A stretch of DNA of 41,667 nucleotides from an uncultured Anaerolineaceae bacterium (GCA_964450875.1 CAYVHG010000082.1:1-41667), one strand, 5' to 3'; positions 1 to 9,197 are shown, counted from the stretch's first letter. Numbers and translations are program-made. The notes: generated by a model not told the origin, from the letters alone.

Positions 1-165
1 TATCCCGTTTGCCGGTGGGTGGGTTTGCAGCTGCTGTGCAACCCGGGCTCGCCTGTGGTGCCTGCGCTGCCGAACGTGCCGCGGGCGGTGGGCTTGCTGC
101 ATATCGAAGGGCGTGCCGTGTGGGGTGAGCTGCGCGTGTTGGATAGGCCGCAGGTTGCGGTATAA
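1..165 (+). CDS. 3' end of an unidentified CDS entering from upstream of the window (partial)
   Basis: Frame 1 is stop-free from base 1 to TAA at 163-165 (...PALPNVPRAVGLLHIEGRAVWGELRVLDRPQVAV*). It is absent from the ORF track because no start lies inside the window. 54 aa is too short for me to name a family. Confidence 0.3.
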   Translation, partial: YPVCRWVGLQLLCNPGSPVVPALPNVPRAVGLLHIEGRAVWGELRVLDRPQVAV

Positions 166-166
166 T
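139..166 (+). promoter_or_regulatory. Possible sigma70-like promoter for the 210..1175 gene (TTGGAT-N16-TATAAT)
   Basis: TATAAT at 161-166 overlaps the TAA of the upstream partial CDS. TTGGAT at 139-144 with a 16-nt spacer. GGAGG Shine-Dalgarno at 198-202, 7 nt before ATG 210. Confidence 0.35.
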
Positions 167-209
167 CCCTTTCGTTCTATCCGCTTTTCTCAGATTCGGA
201 GGAAATCAC

Positions 210-1175
210 ATGTCGCGTTCGTTTCGTTCGTGGGCCGGTGGGGTGCTGGCCCTCTTGCTCATGGCGCTTTTGGCTGCTTGCGGCCCTTCGACTTTCACGT
301 TGCGTTTGCATCTTAAGCAGGGCGATGTTTACAAAGTCACGACGGTGACCAAACAGCACATTTCTCAGGAAATCATGGGGCAAAAGATGTCCCTCGACCA
401 GAAGATGACGATGGAGTACCGCTGGGAAGTCACCCAGGTTGCCGACAATGGCAATACCACCATCAAGGTGACTTACACGCGAGTGGCTATGGAGCAGGAC
501 CAAGGTGGGCAAAAGCGCGCCTTTGACTCTGCCAGCGGGCAGGAACCGCCCGATTTCTTCAAGGGCCTCGATTTGTTGGTCGGTAAGTCGTTCAGTGTGG
601 AGTTTACCCCTCAGGGGGAGGTTGTCAAAATTGACGGCTTGGATGAGATGTTCCGCCAGGTGGCCGAGGGCGTGGGCTTTGGTGACAAGGAATCTACCGA
701 CGCATTTTACAAGGCGCTGACCGATTCCTTTGGCGAAGACGCCATTACTGAGCAGTTCAAGACGGCCTTCGGCGATTATCCCCACACCCCTCTCAAAGTG
801 GGCACTACTTGGACCGCCGACTCTCAGCTCAAGGTCACTTTCCCCCTGGAGGTGCACGCCACTTACACTGTGAAATCGTGGCAGGATAATCAGGCGGTGA
901 TTGCGATGGAAGCCACCCTGAAATCGGACGCCACCAAGCGGGTGACGGGCCAAAACCCCCTCTTCGACGTCGTCTACGACCTCAGCGGCACCCAGCAGGG
1001 CACGCTGACGGTGGATGTCGGCACGGGGCTTTTGCGCGAATCTCAGGTGACCCAGCATGTTGAAGGGCAAGTGTTGCTGGTGGACCCCAAGAGTAAAGAC
1101 AACACCGATGCCCTTCCAATGCCGTTTAACATGGATACTGACATCACCACCACCGTCGTGCCGCAGGGGCAGTAG
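210..1175 (+). CDS. Secreted lipoprotein of unknown function
   Basis: 321-aa ORF with a GGAGG RBS. The N-terminus MSRSFRSWAGGVLALLLMALLAAC has a basic n-region, a hydrophobic core and an L-A-A-C lipobox. The mature part is T/K/Q/D-rich with no motif I recognise. GC is visibly lower (48-58% in the 60-nt lines I counted) than in neighbours (~65-67%). Confidence 0.85.
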   Translation: MSRSFRSWAGGVLALLLMALLAACGPSTFTLRLHLKQGDVYKVTTVTKQHISQEIMGQKMSLDQKMTMEYRWEVTQVADNGNTTIKVTYTRVAMEQDQGGQKRAFDSASGQEPPDFFKGLDLLVGKSFSVEFTPQGEVVKIDGLDEMFRQVAEGVGFGDKESTDAFYKALTDSFGEDAITEQFKTAFGDYPHTPLKVGTTWTADSQLKVTFPLEVHATYTVKSWQDNQAVIAMEATLKSDATKRVTGQNPLFDVVYDLSGTQQGTLTVDVGTGLLRESQVTQHVEGQVLLVDPKSKDNTDALPMPFNMDTDITTTVVPQGQ

Positions 1176-1219
1176 GAGCCACGTGGGGCTTGGCGGAGGA
1201 AGCCCAAACTACGCAAAGC

Positions 1220-1267
1220 AGGGAGGTGCCCCGGCGGCTGAATGGCGGGGCACCTCCCTTTTCTTTT
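1220..1267 (+). terminator. Intrinsic terminator after the lipoprotein gene
   Basis: Perfect 14-bp stem AGGGAGGTGCCCCG (1220-1233) / CGGGGCACCTCCCT (1246-1259) with a 12-nt loop, followed directly by TTTTCTTTT (1259-1267). Confidence 0.8.
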
Positions 1268-1316
1268 GGGGGAATGGTGAGGGGCGGAAGGCGCTATAGG
1301 GGCAGCGGGGCGCGCC

Positions 1317-1682
1317 TTACGCCAGAATTTTGATTTCGTCGGGCAAGTTGGGCACCAGGCAGAGGAAGACGAAATCTTCGGTGCCGATGTTTTCGTAGGA
1401 ATGCGGCACCCCCGCGGGGATGAACACCACGTCGCCGGCGCGCACTTCGTAGGTTTCGTCGCCTATGGTGATGCGGGCCTGCCCTTGCAGCACATACTGC
1501 TCGTGTTCTACGGCGTTGGTGTGCCGCGGCATGCCGCCGCCGGGCTTCATGGTGAAACGCCGCATGGCAAAGTGCGGCCCTTCTTCGGGGGAAATCAGAA
1601 TTTGAATGCTGGTGTCTTTCCCTGCATTCACGGGTTGGTAGGGAATTTCATTGGCATGTTTGACGGGCATGGGAGCCTCCAA
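1317..1682 (-). CDS. Cupin domain protein
   Basis: 121 aa. Cupin motifs G(X)5HxH-like ...MKPGGGMPRHTNAVEHEQYVLQG... and ...GDVVFIPAGVPHSYENIG... Confidence 0.85.
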   Translation of the reverse strand: MEAPMPVKHANEIPYQPVNAGKDTSIQILISPEEGPHFAMRRFTMKPGGGMPRHTNAVEHEQYVLQGQARITIGDETYEVRAGDVVFIPAGVPHSYENIGTEDFVFLCLVPNLPDEIKILA

Positions 1683-1734
1683 TGGTTGGGGTGCAAGGTG
1701 GGCAAGGTGTCACTGGCAGGATGCAATGCGCAGG

Positions 1735-2586
1735 TCAGGATGCGGCGGCGAGTTCCTGCCACCATGTTTTGAGCAAGAGGGCGTCTTCTTCCAAGACTGG
1801 GCTTTCGCACAAAATGCGGCCGGCTGCGCCGAAATCTTTGAGGGCGCGGAAAATGGCATGCACGTCGAGGTCGGCCTCTGCGAATTTGAGGTGGTTGCGC
1901 TCGCCTTTGGGGCCGTATTCGATGCCTGAGAGGTGGATGTGCAGGTGCCGCAGGGCCTCGTCGCCGAGGGCGTTGCCGTAGGCTTCCAGCACTCGGGCCC
2001 ATTCGTCGTAGGAATTCATGCTGCCGTCGCCGGGGCGGGCGTGCAGATGGGCGAAATCCAGGCAGGGGGCTACGCCGGGCACGGCTTGGCTCATCGCCAG
2101 GGTGTCTTCCAACGAGCCGATGACGGCGCTTTTGCCCATGGTTTCAGGGCGCAGGGTGACTTCTACGCCCATGTCGCGCAATTCGGCGGCCACCGCTTCC
2201 AGCCGAGCGATGGCTTTGGGCAGCACCTCTGCCGCCGGGCGGCCGAAGTACGAGCCGGGGTGGAAGACGATGTCGGTAGCGCCGGCCAGGTAGCCGTAAT
2301 AGGCCGCGTCCATCAACCGCTTGCGCGATTTAGGCCATTCTTCGTCGTCGGCGTTGAGGTTGATGAAGTAAGGCGCGTGGACGCTCAGTGCGACATCGTG
2401 TTCGGCTGCCGCGGCCTTGATGGCCGCACAGGTTTTCTCGCTCACGCGCACGGCGCGCACCCAGCCGAGTTCCAAGGCGTCGAGGCCGAGCTCGCGCAGG
2501 CGCAAAATTGCGCCGACGCTGCCGCCGGGCTTTTTCGGCGCCGACTTGGGCGTGCCCACGGTGCCAAACCGGAAGGAAAGGGACAT
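1735..2586 (-). CDS. Xylose-isomerase-like TIM-barrel protein, AP endonuclease family 2 (endonuclease IV-like)
   Basis: The motif series ...SVHAPYFINL..., ...IVFHPGSY..., ...LRPETMGK..., ...CLDFAHLHAR..., ...HIHLSGIEYGPKGERNHL... is typical of Nfo/AP_endonuc_2 folds. I placed the start at ATG 2586 (GGAGG 5 nt upstream) rather than the track's TTG at 2598. Confidence 0.85.
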   Translation of the reverse strand: MSLSFRFGTVGTPKSAPKKPGGSVGAILRLRELGLDALELGWVRAVRVSEKTCAAIKAAAAEHDVALSVHAPYFINLNADDEEWPKSRKRLMDAAYYGYLAGATDIVFHPGSYFGRPAAEVLPKAIARLEAVAAELRDMGVEVTLRPETMGKSAVIGSLEDTLAMSQAVPGVAPCLDFAHLHARPGDGSMNSYDEWARVLEAYGNALGDEALRHLHIHLSGIEYGPKGERNHLKFAEADLDVHAIFRALKDFGAAGRILCESPVLEEDALLLKTWWQELAAAS

Positions 2587-2622
2587 GGTGACCTCCAAGA
2601 GGCGGGGGGTGAGGGGTGAGGG

Positions 2623-3063
2623 TCACATGGCGGAAGCCAGCCATGCCGCGCGGGCGCGGCGCACCCATTCCCGCTCGGGTTCGAAGCTCAGCACTCGCTC
2701 GGCGGTGTCCCACGATACCCAGCGAGGCACGAACTGGCTTTCGGGGGTGGCATCTGGCTCGGCGGGGCCTTCCCGCAGGAAGAGGTAGTAGTGCTCTTCG
2801 CGGGCCCACGTGCGCCCTTGGTAGGGAAAGACCACCCGCTGGGTGCCCAGGTCGGCCAGCAAGCGCAGGCGTCGGAAGCCGCTTTCTTCGGCGATTTCCC
2901 GCAGGGCAGTTTGCAGCGGGGTTTCGCCTGGGTCGATGTGGCCTTTCGGCAGGCGGATTTCGCCGCGCGCCGGGCGTTCCAGCACCAGCACTTCTTGCGA
3001 AGGGCGGACGATGACGCCGCCGGCAGCGCGATAGTCGAGGGGAAGGGTCTCCAAGGAAGGCAT
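2623..3063 (-). CDS. Nudix hydrolase
   Basis: Complete Nudix box GHIDPGETPLQTALREIAEESGF (GX5EX7REUXEEXGU). Start set to the internal ATG (MPSLETL..., 3063). The upstream 87 codons of the track ORF are Arg/Gly-rich and overlap dgkA. Confidence 0.85.
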   Translation of the reverse strand: MPSLETLPLDYRAAGGVIVRPSQEVLVLERPARGEIRLPKGHIDPGETPLQTALREIAEESGFRRLRLLADLGTQRVVFPYQGRTWAREEHYYLFLREGPAEPDATPESQFVPRWVSWDTAERVLSFEPEREWVRRARAAWLASAM

Positions 3064-3071
3064 GGGTGTTC

Positions 3072-3452
3072 TCAAGGCAGGAAGGCGGCCAAGCGGTGCC
3101 ACAGAGGCGGCCCCAGCACCAGCAGGCCGATGACCACCGCCCCGCCCGCGGCCAGTAGCACGCTGGCGGCGGCGGTGTCTTTGGCGGCTTTGGCTGTGGG
3201 GTGGATTTCGGGCGAGACCAGGTCCACCAGCGCTTCGAGGGCGGTGTTGCCCGCTTCGGCCGCCCATACGACGGTGATGGCAGCGGCCAACAGGGCCCAT
3301 GAGAGCGCCCCCAACCCCAGCCACAATCCCAGCGCGACCACGCTTGCCGTGGCCGCGGCGTGGATGCGCGCATTGGGCTGGGTGCGCAGCAGGTAGCCCA
3401 GCCCCGCGAAGGCGTGGCGGAAAGCCCGAATGCGGGAAGGCGTTTTGGCCAT
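3072..3452 (-). CDS. dgkA: Diacylglycerol/undecaprenol kinase family protein (DgkA, prokaryotic DAGK)
   Basis: 126 aa, 3 TM segments. ...WAAEAGNTALEALVDLVSPEIHPTAKAAKDTAAASVLLA... matches the E..N(S/T)A(I/L)E..VD....E.H...AKD..(S/A)AAVL signature of E. coli DgkA. Start at internal ATG 3452 (MAKTPSRIRAF...). Confidence 0.8.
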   Translation of the reverse strand: MAKTPSRIRAFRHAFAGLGYLLRTQPNARIHAAATASVVALGLWLGLGALSWALLAAAITVVWAAEAGNTALEALVDLVSPEIHPTAKAAKDTAAASVLLAAGGAVVIGLLVLGPPLWHRLAAFLP

Positions 3453-3489
3453 GCGGGTGCTCGAAAGCCGTCCAGAAGCCGGGGCGGGC

Positions 3490-3942
3490 TTAGGGCGGCG
3501 AGAGGGGACAGCCCAGGCTTTCCAAAATGCGGCCTTGGGCTGCCCACATGCGGGCTTTTTCGTCGGGGTCGGCGTGGTCGTGCCCCAGCAAGTGGAGCAC
3601 GCCGTGCACTGTGAGCAGGCAGAGTTCCCAGGCGACGGGATGGCCGCCGCGCTCGGCTTGTGCAGCGGCCTGCGGGTAGGCAATCACGATGTCGCCGAGG
3701 TAGCGTTCGCCGGTTTCGGGGTCGGTGCTGTCGTCTTCGAAAGAGAGGACGTCGGTCGGCGCGTCGATGCCGCGATAGCGGGCGTTCAGACGGCGGACGG
3801 TTTCGCTGTCGGTGATGAGCAGGCTCAGCGCCGCGGAGGAAATGCCCTCGTGTTGCAGGGCTGCGGTGGCGGCGCGGCGCAGCACCTCGGCTGCGACCGC
3901 TTCTCGATAGGGCGGCTCAATCGTCAGATGGATGTTCGGCAT
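3490..3942 (-). CDS. ybeY: Endoribonuclease YbeY (rRNA maturation factor)
   Basis: 150 aa with the zinc-binding signature HGVLHLLGHDH. Sits in the canonical yqfF-ybeY-dgkA neighbourhood. Confidence 0.9.
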   Translation of the reverse strand: MPNIHLTIEPPYREAVAAEVLRRAATAALQHEGISSAALSLLITDSETVRRLNARYRGIDAPTDVLSFEDDSTDPETGERYLGDIVIAYPQAAAQAERGGHPVAWELCLLTVHGVLHLLGHDHADPDEKARMWAAQGRILESLGCPLSPP

Positions 3943-6127
3943 GCTGCTCTTCCACGAGGGTGGCTTCTGGGGTCTCGCCGCTTGCCAAAGCGCGGGCCTC
4001 GGCCACGGGGATGGTTGGCTGGCCGCGGTCTTCCTGCACCTGGGGGTATTGAATGCGGGGGTGGTAAACCCCTTGTAGCGCGGCGACGAACGTCTCTTCG
4101 ATGGTCTTCAGGTCGTGCAGGGTGAGTTGGGTGTCGCTCAGTTGTCCTTCACGGATGCGGGAGGTGATGGTGTCGTGCACCAGGCGGCGGAGCTCGTGTT
4201 TGTCGGGGGGGTGTTCGGCGCGAGCGCGGGCTTCGCAGCCGTCGGCCAGCATGACCAGGGCCGTTTCCTTGCTTTGGGGACGCGGGCCGGGGTAGCGGAA
4301 GCGCTCGATGTCCACCTTGTCGGCGTCGCCGCCGGCTTCCTGCACCGCGCGGGCGTATTGGTAGCGGGTGATCAGCGTGCCGTGGTGTTCGGCGATGAAA
4401 TCTTGAATGCGGCGGGGCAGGCGGTGTTCTCGGGCCAGCGCCAGGCCGTCGGCGACGTGGGCGATGATGATGCGGGCGCTCTCTTCGGGCGAGAGGCGTT
4501 CGTGGGGGTTGGTGCTGCCAGGGGGCTGGTTTTCGATGAAAAATTGAGGCCGCAGCACCTTCCCGATGTCGTGGTAGAGCGCCCCCACCCGCACCAGCAG
4601 CGCGTCGGCATGCACGGCGCGCGCGGCTTGTTCGGCCAGGTTGGCTACCTGCAGGCTGTGCTGGTAGGTGCCTGGCGCTTTTTGCAGCAGTTCTTGCAAC
4701 AAGGGTTGGTCGGGGCGGGAAAGTTCCAGCAGTTGAATGGGCGTTACCTGCCCTAACGGCGGCGCGAGGAAGTAGTGCAGCACCAAGGCCAGGCTGGAAG
4801 CCAGCACCCCGTTGGTGGCTGCTGCGCCCAGCAGGGTGATCATGCCGGGCAAGTCGGTGGAAGGCGAGGCCAAGCGGGTGGCGAGGAGCACGGTGCCCCC
4901 CGTCAGGGCCATGCCCGCGCTGGCGAGGAAGAAAGTGCGCATGCGCTGCACTTGGCTGAGCAACACCACCCCCGCCAGCCCCAGGAAGGCATGGTAGGTG
5001 ACCAGCTCGAAGCCGTGGGGCAGGTGATAGAGCCCCAACGCCAGCAACGGCAGCAGAAAAACCAGCGCGCTTTCGGCGTCGAACAGCAGGAACATCACCA
5101 GCGGATAGGCCGCGAAGGGGTACACATAGGGCAGCACGATATGGTCGGGGATGATGATGCGGGCGCCGACCAGGAAGAGGATGCCCAACCCCCCGGCCAC
5201 CGTCAGGGCGGTGATGTTTTCGCCCAACATGGGGCGGCGCAGGCGGATGTAGGCCGCCAGCACCAGGAAGGCAATCAGCACCAGCAGCAGCGGCGCGAGG
5301 ACGGCCTGCCAGCGCGCCGTGCCTTGCAGCAGGCCGTATTCCTTCAGCGCTTCGATGTCTTCGGGGGTCAGCACTTGCCCGCGCTGCACGATGGTTTCCC
5401 CCCGCCGGAAGGCGCGCACCACCGGCGGCACGGCTTCCCGCGCCTTTTCGCGGGCCGCTTCGGTGAGCGAGGCGCTGTAAAGGCTGTTGGGGGCGAGGAA
5501 GGCTTCCACCAGGCGTTCCACCAGGTCGGCCTGGCGTTCGGGCATGGTGAGGGTGATGAAGGCGGGAATGTTGCGCCGCGCTTCTTCCAGCTGGTCTTCA
5601 CGGATGGGCGCGCGCATCATGGTTTCCAGCACGCGTTGGGCTTCTTGCTGGATGCTTTGCCAGCGTTCGTCGTCGAGGGTGAGGAGGTAGCGCGCCTCGC
5701 TGGCGGAAAGGTGCAGCCCCTGGATGGCCGCCAGGTCGGCCAGTTTTTGTTGTTGGGTGGCGTAAGGGTCGGCGCGCACCGCGGTGATGAAAGTGAGCGC
5801 GGCGCGCAGGCGTTCCAGCTGGCGGCGGCCGATGCTGGCGTCGGGGGGGGCATAGACCTTGGAGACCGCCTGCGCGGCGGCTTCGCGGCGCTTTTCGGTG
5901 AGGACGGCGCTTTCGTAGGTGTGGCTGTAGGGGGCAAGGATGTCGCGCGGGGCGACTTCCCCCGCGTGGAGGGCGAGGTTGTCTTCGGCGGTGCTCAGCC
6001 ACATGGTTCCGGCGACCGCGGCGAACATGAGCAGCGCGAGCAGGGCGCGCCGCAGCCGCCACGCCCTGGCCGAGGGGTGGGGGGGAGGAGAAGCCGCAGT
6101 GGCCGGAGAAGGGGTCGGGCCAGACAT
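3917..6127 (-). CDS. pgpH: 7TM-HD membrane phosphohydrolase (PgpH/YqfF-like, candidate cyclic-di-AMP phosphodiesterase)
   Basis: 736 aa. N-terminal signal anchor plus extracytoplasmic helical domain, about 7 TM segments, and a C-terminal HD domain (...HSLQVANLAE..., ...LYHDIGK..., ...AHVADG..., ...EHHG...). Overlaps the ybeY start by 26 nt. Confidence 0.85.
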   Translation of the reverse strand: MSGPTPSPATAASPPPHPSARAWRLRRALLALLMFAAVAGTMWLSTAEDNLALHAGEVAPRDILAPYSHTYESAVLTEKRREAAAQAVSKVYAPPDASIGRRQLERLRAALTFITAVRADPYATQQQKLADLAAIQGLHLSASEARYLLTLDDERWQSIQQEAQRVLETMMRAPIREDQLEEARRNIPAFITLTMPERQADLVERLVEAFLAPNSLYSASLTEAAREKAREAVPPVVRAFRRGETIVQRGQVLTPEDIEALKEYGLLQGTARWQAVLAPLLLVLIAFLVLAAYIRLRRPMLGENITALTVAGGLGILFLVGARIIIPDHIVLPYVYPFAAYPLVMFLLFDAESALVFLLPLLALGLYHLPHGFELVTYHAFLGLAGVVLLSQVQRMRTFFLASAGMALTGGTVLLATRLASPSTDLPGMITLLGAAATNGVLASSLALVLHYFLAPPLGQVTPIQLLELSRPDQPLLQELLQKAPGTYQHSLQVANLAEQAARAVHADALLVRVGALYHDIGKVLRPQFFIENQPPGSTNPHERLSPEESARIIIAHVADGLALAREHRLPRRIQDFIAEHHGTLITRYQYARAVQEAGGDADKVDIERFRYPGPRPQSKETALVMLADGCEARARAEHPPDKHELRRLVHDTITSRIREGQLSDTQLTLHDLKTIEETFVAALQGVYHPRIQYPQVQEDRGQPTIPVAEARALASGETPEATLVEEQHAEHPSDD

Positions 6128-6133
6128 GGAGCG

Positions 6134-6583
6134 TCAGGAGCCTTGCAGCAGGCGGCGCACCACTTGGCTGGCTTCCTTGCCGGTGGCGCGGCCTTGCAGG
6201 CGCGGCATGAGCGCGGCCATCACTTTGCCCATGTCGCGGGGCGAGGCGGCGCCCACTTCGGCGATGACCTCGCGGGCCAGGGCTTCCAGAGCTTCGGGGG
6301 TGAGCGGCGGCGGCAGGAATTCCTGCAACACGGCAATTTCGGCTTCCGCGTCGGCAATCAGGTCATCGCGGCCAGCGCGCTGCGCGCCTTCGATGGTTTC
6401 CCGGCGGGCTTTGATTTCCTTCTGCAGCACGCCCAGCACGGCGCTTTCGTCCAACTCGCCGCCGTGCTCCACTTCCGCGAGCTTGATGGCTGCCAGCGCG
6501 AGGCGCAACGTCCGCTTCCGCAGGTCGTCCCGCTGGCGCATGGCCTCTTTCAGGGCCTCTTGAAGTTGCTGTTTGGTGTTCAT
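6134..6583 (-). CDS. yqeY: GatB/YqeY domain protein
   Basis: MNTKQQLQEALKEAMRQRDDLRKRTLRLALAAIK...VLQKEIKARRETIE...DMGKVMAALMPRLQGRATGKEASQVVRRLL is the typical YqeY pattern. Start could also be ATG 6592 (MKAMNTK...). Confidence 0.85.
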   Translation of the reverse strand: MNTKQQLQEALKEAMRQRDDLRKRTLRLALAAIKLAEVEHGGELDESAVLGVLQKEIKARRETIEGAQRAGRDDLIADAEAEIAVLQEFLPPPLTPEALEALAREVIAEVGAASPRDMGKVMAALMPRLQGRATGKEASQVVRRLLQGS

Positions 6584-6636
6584 GGCCTTCATTATACCGC
6601 AGGCACCGGCCGAAACTCCCCGCCCTTGCCTTCCCG

Positions 6637-6645
6637 TGATAGAAT
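6637..6645 (+). promoter_or_regulatory. Possible extended -10 (TGaTAGAAT) for pdxS
   Basis: TG at 6637-6638 and TAGAAT at 6640-6645 in the 103-nt divergent yqeY/pdxS spacer. GGAGG RBS at 6676-6680, 6 nt before ATG 6687. No good -35. Confidence 0.3.
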
Positions 6646-6686
6646 AAACGCGCAAGGAAGATTGGACAGTCTCTCGGAGGTTCAAA

Positions 6687-7574
6687 ATGGAAACCCAAAC
6701 CGGTTCTTACAAAGTGAAGGTTGGCCTGGCGCAGATGCTCAAAGGCGGCGTGATTATGGATGTGGTGACGCCCGAACAGGCCAAGATCGCCGAAGAAGCA
6801 GGCGCCGTGGCTGTGATGGCGCTGGAACGCGTCCCTGCCGACATTCGGAAGCAGGGCGGCGTGGCGCGCATGAGCGACCCCGAGCTCATCCTCAAGATCA
6901 TGGATGCGGTCAGCATTCCGGTGATGGCGAAGGTGCGCATTGGCCATTTCGTCGAAGCCCAAATTTTGGAAGCCCTGGGCGTGGATTACATCGACGAATC
7001 GGAGGTGCTCACGCCTGCCGACGAAGAGCACCACATCGACAAACACCAGTTCAAGGTGCCTTTCGTGTGCGGTGCGCGCAACTTGGGCGAAGCCTTGCGC
7101 CGCATTGCCGAAGGTGCGGCGATGATTCGCACCAAAGGCGAGGCCGGCACCGGCGACGTGGTAGAAGCCGTGCGGCATGCCCGGGCGGTGCTGGGTGAAA
7201 TCCGCCGCTTGCAGACCATGGCCGACGAGGAGCTCTACACCTACGCCAAGGAAATCGGCGCGCCGCTGGATTTGGTGCGCGAAGTCAAGGAACTTGGGCG
7301 CTTGCCCGTGGTCAACTTCGCCGCGGGCGGCATTGCCACCCCCGCCGATGCCGCCCTGATGATGCAACTTGGCATGGATGGCATCTTCGTGGGTTCCGGC
7401 ATCTTCAAGTCGGAAGACCCGCCCAAGCGCGCTGCGGCCATCGTCAAGGCGGTGACCCACTACAACGACCCCGCGATTCTGGCCGAGGTGAGCAAGGGCT
7501 TGGGCGAACCGATGCGCGGCCAGCAGGTCGCCGACCTGCCCGCAGAGGCCCGTTTGGCTGGCCGCGGGTGGTAA
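6687..7574 (+). CDS. pdxS: Pyridoxal 5'-phosphate synthase, lyase subunit PdxS
   Basis: 295 aa. Near-invariant PdxS blocks ...[15 protein letters not shown]..., ...[17 protein letters not shown]..., ...[10 protein letters not shown]..., ...[11 protein letters not shown]..., ...[21 protein letters not shown]...[11 protein letters not shown]... Confidence 0.97.
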   Translation: METQTGSYKVKVGLAQMLKGGVIMDVVTPEQAKIAEEAGAVAVMALERVPADIRKQGGVARMSDPELILKIMDAVSIPVMAKVRIGHFVEAQILEALGVDYIDESEVLTPADEEHHIDKHQFKVPFVCGARNLGEALRRIAEGAAMIRTKGEAGTGDVVEAVRHARAVLGEIRRLQTMADEELYTYAKEIGAPLDLVREVKELGRLPVVNFAAGGIATPADAALMMQLGMDGIFVGSGIFKSEDPPKRAAAIVKAVTHYNDPAILAEVSKGLGEPMRGQQVADLPAEARLAGRGW

Positions 7575-7625
7575 TTTGCCGTTCGCCGTTCATCGTCCGC
7601 AATTTGCTCTTCGCCATTCTCACTC

Positions 7626-8276
7626 ATGCCTGCTCCGAACCTTCTTCCCCCTGAGAAAGTGCCTCCCCCGCGCACCGATTTCACCGTGGGCGTGCTCGCG
7701 CTGCAAGGCTCGTTTTGGGAGCACGAAGTTGTGCTGCGCGAAATCGGCGTCGCCGTGCGCGAAGTGCGCCGCCCTGCCGACCTGGAAGGGCTGGCGGGCT
7801 TGATCATCCCCGGCGGTGAATCGACCACTATCGGCAAACTGGCCGTGGCATTTGGCCTGCTGGAACCGTTGCGGGCTTTCGGCCGCGACCATGCCATCTG
7901 GGGCACGTGCGCGGGGGCGATTTTCCTCTCGAAAGACGCCCGCCGTGACCAGCCGCTTTTGGGACTGATGGATATCACCGTAGAGCGCAACGCCTTTGGC
8001 CGCCAGGTGGCCAGCTTCGAGGTCGACATCCCCGTGCCCGCGCTCAAGGCCGTTGCCCCCGACGACGACCGGCCGTTCCACGCCATTTTCATCCGTGCGC
8101 CGCTCATCGAAACCGTCACCCCGCCCGCGGAGGTGCTGGCGACGTTGGAAGACGGCCGCATCGTGGCGGCTCGGCAAGGGCACCTGTTGGCGACGGCCTT
8201 CCACCCCGAACTTACCGACGACACCCGTTTCCACCGCTATTTCCTGCACCTGGCCGGATGGGGACCTGACCGGTGA
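7626..8276 (+). CDS. pdxT: Pyridoxal 5'-phosphate synthase, glutaminase subunit PdxT
   Basis: ...[12 protein letters not shown]..., ...[10 protein letters not shown]..., ...GTCAG..., ...[12 protein letters not shown]. class-I glutamine amidotransferase triad context. ATG 7626 gives a ~17-aa N-terminal extension. In-frame GTG 7686 (MGVLALQG) is an alternative start. Confidence 0.92.
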   Translation: MPAPNLLPPEKVPPPRTDFTVGVLALQGSFWEHEVVLREIGVAVREVRRPADLEGLAGLIIPGGESTTIGKLAVAFGLLEPLRAFGRDHAIWGTCAGAIFLSKDARRDQPLLGLMDITVERNAFGRQVASFEVDIPVPALKAVAPDDDRPFHAIFIRAPLIETVTPPAEVLATLEDGRIVAARQGHLLATAFHPELTDDTRFHRYFLHLAGWGPDR

Positions 8277-9190
8277 GCACCCTGCCCCGTGCGCTGACCT
8301 GGCGCGACCTGCCGCTGTTGTACCGTTACCGCGAACAGGCGCTTTGCCTGGATAGCCGCCGCGCGGTCATTGGCGGGGCGGGGTTGCTGGGCGGCGCGCT
8401 GGTGGCGTTGTTTTCCGCCGCTACGGGGATGGCCGTGGTGGCCGATGAGCCGGACGGCAGCGCGCCGTTGGTAGGGCTGGCCGAACACAACCCGCAGGAA
8501 GGCATAGCCCGCTGGTTGTATCTGGCCCCTGAAAGCGCCCTCAGCGCGCCGCCTTCGCTGGCCCCATTGGTGGAAGCGCTGTTGGCGCACCCTGCGCTGC
8601 GCGGCGCGCGGGCGCTATTGGCCGACGCCCCCCAGCAGGCGCCGTGGCTGCCCGCGTTGCGGCGGGCGGGTTTTCGGGTGTTCGCTCGGCAGCGGTTGTG
8701 GCAAATGCCCGCCGGTCGGCCGCCTGCGGGCCAAGGCCGCTGGCGATGGCCGCGCGCCGACGAGCGTTGGGCTGCCGACAGGCTCTACACCAACCTGACC
8801 CCGCCGCTGGTGCGGCACCTCTTGCCGCCTCCCGCTGCCGCCCCCACCGCGGTGGTGTATTTGGAAGACGGCGAAGTGCGGGGCGTCGCCCGCTGGGAAG
8901 CCGGTCCGCGCGGGGTGTGGGTCGTCCCTTGGCTCGACCCCGACATCGCTGCGCCGTGCGAGGCTTTGCGCGCCTTGGCGGCCTTCCTGCGCACAGGCGA
9001 AAAGCCCCTCTACATTGCCGTGCGCGAAGCCCAGGTGTGGCTGGAAGGCCCTCTCGAAAGGCTGGACGCCCGCCCCAGCGAGCCTCTGGCCTTGCTGGCG
9101 CGCTGGGCGGTGCAGCCCCAGCCCGTCGCCGAGGCCGTGCCCGCAGCTGCCCAGCGGGAAGCGCCTCAGCCTACCCTGTTTGCCAAATGA
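8273..9190 (+). CDS. Hypothetical protein (weak GNAT-like appearance, two repeated halves)
   Basis: 305-aa ORF. Its GTG start overlaps the pdxT stop (GTGA). It ends 7 nt before the next gene. ...[28 protein letters not shown]... resembles the C-terminal strand-helix of an acetyltransferase fold, but I cannot see a Q/RxxGxG/A CoA loop. Confidence 0.7.
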   Translation: MSTLPRALTWRDLPLLYRYREQALCLDSRRAVIGGAGLLGGALVALFSAATGMAVVADEPDGSAPLVGLAEHNPQEGIARWLYLAPESALSAPPSLAPLVEALLAHPALRGARALLADAPQQAPWLPALRRAGFRVFARQRLWQMPAGRPPAGQGRWRWPRADERWAADRLYTNLTPPLVRHLLPPPAAAPTAVVYLEDGEVRGVARWEAGPRGVWVVPWLDPDIAAPCEALRALAAFLRTGEKPLYIAVREAQVWLEGPLERLDARPSEPLALLARWAVQPQPVAEAVPAAAQREAPQPTLFAK

Positions 9191-9197
9191 GGGTCGT

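Noticed and set aside
2330-3547. 405-aa minus-strand Arg/Pro-rich ORF (and similar ORFs at 1628..2002, 3072..3683 N-terminal parts)
   Set aside because: These are off-frame overlaps of the Nudix, dgkA and TIM-barrel genes. I trimmed the real genes to internal ATG starts preceded by sensible spacing.
6584-6686. Possible replication origin at the divergence point between the minus-strand block and the 21-kb plus-strand block
   Set aside because: The spacer is only 103 nt. It has no DnaA-box (TTATCCACA-like) clusters and no AT-rich unwinding element, and dnaA/dnaN are not nearby. It looks like an ordinary divergent promoter region.
4775-7198. 807-aa plus-strand ORF
   Set aside because: It is antisense to pgpH and yqeY and then out of frame over pdxS. 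Composition is Gly/Arg/Gln/His-rich with no motifs, while the overlapped genes all have strong family signatures.
7626-7685. Unusual 20-aa Pro-rich N-terminal extension on PdxT ([20 protein letters not shown])
   Set aside because: This is probably just start-codon ambiguity. An in-frame GTG at 7686 yields the canonical MGVLALQG N-terminus. Neither start has a convincing RBS, so I cannot decide from sequence alone.
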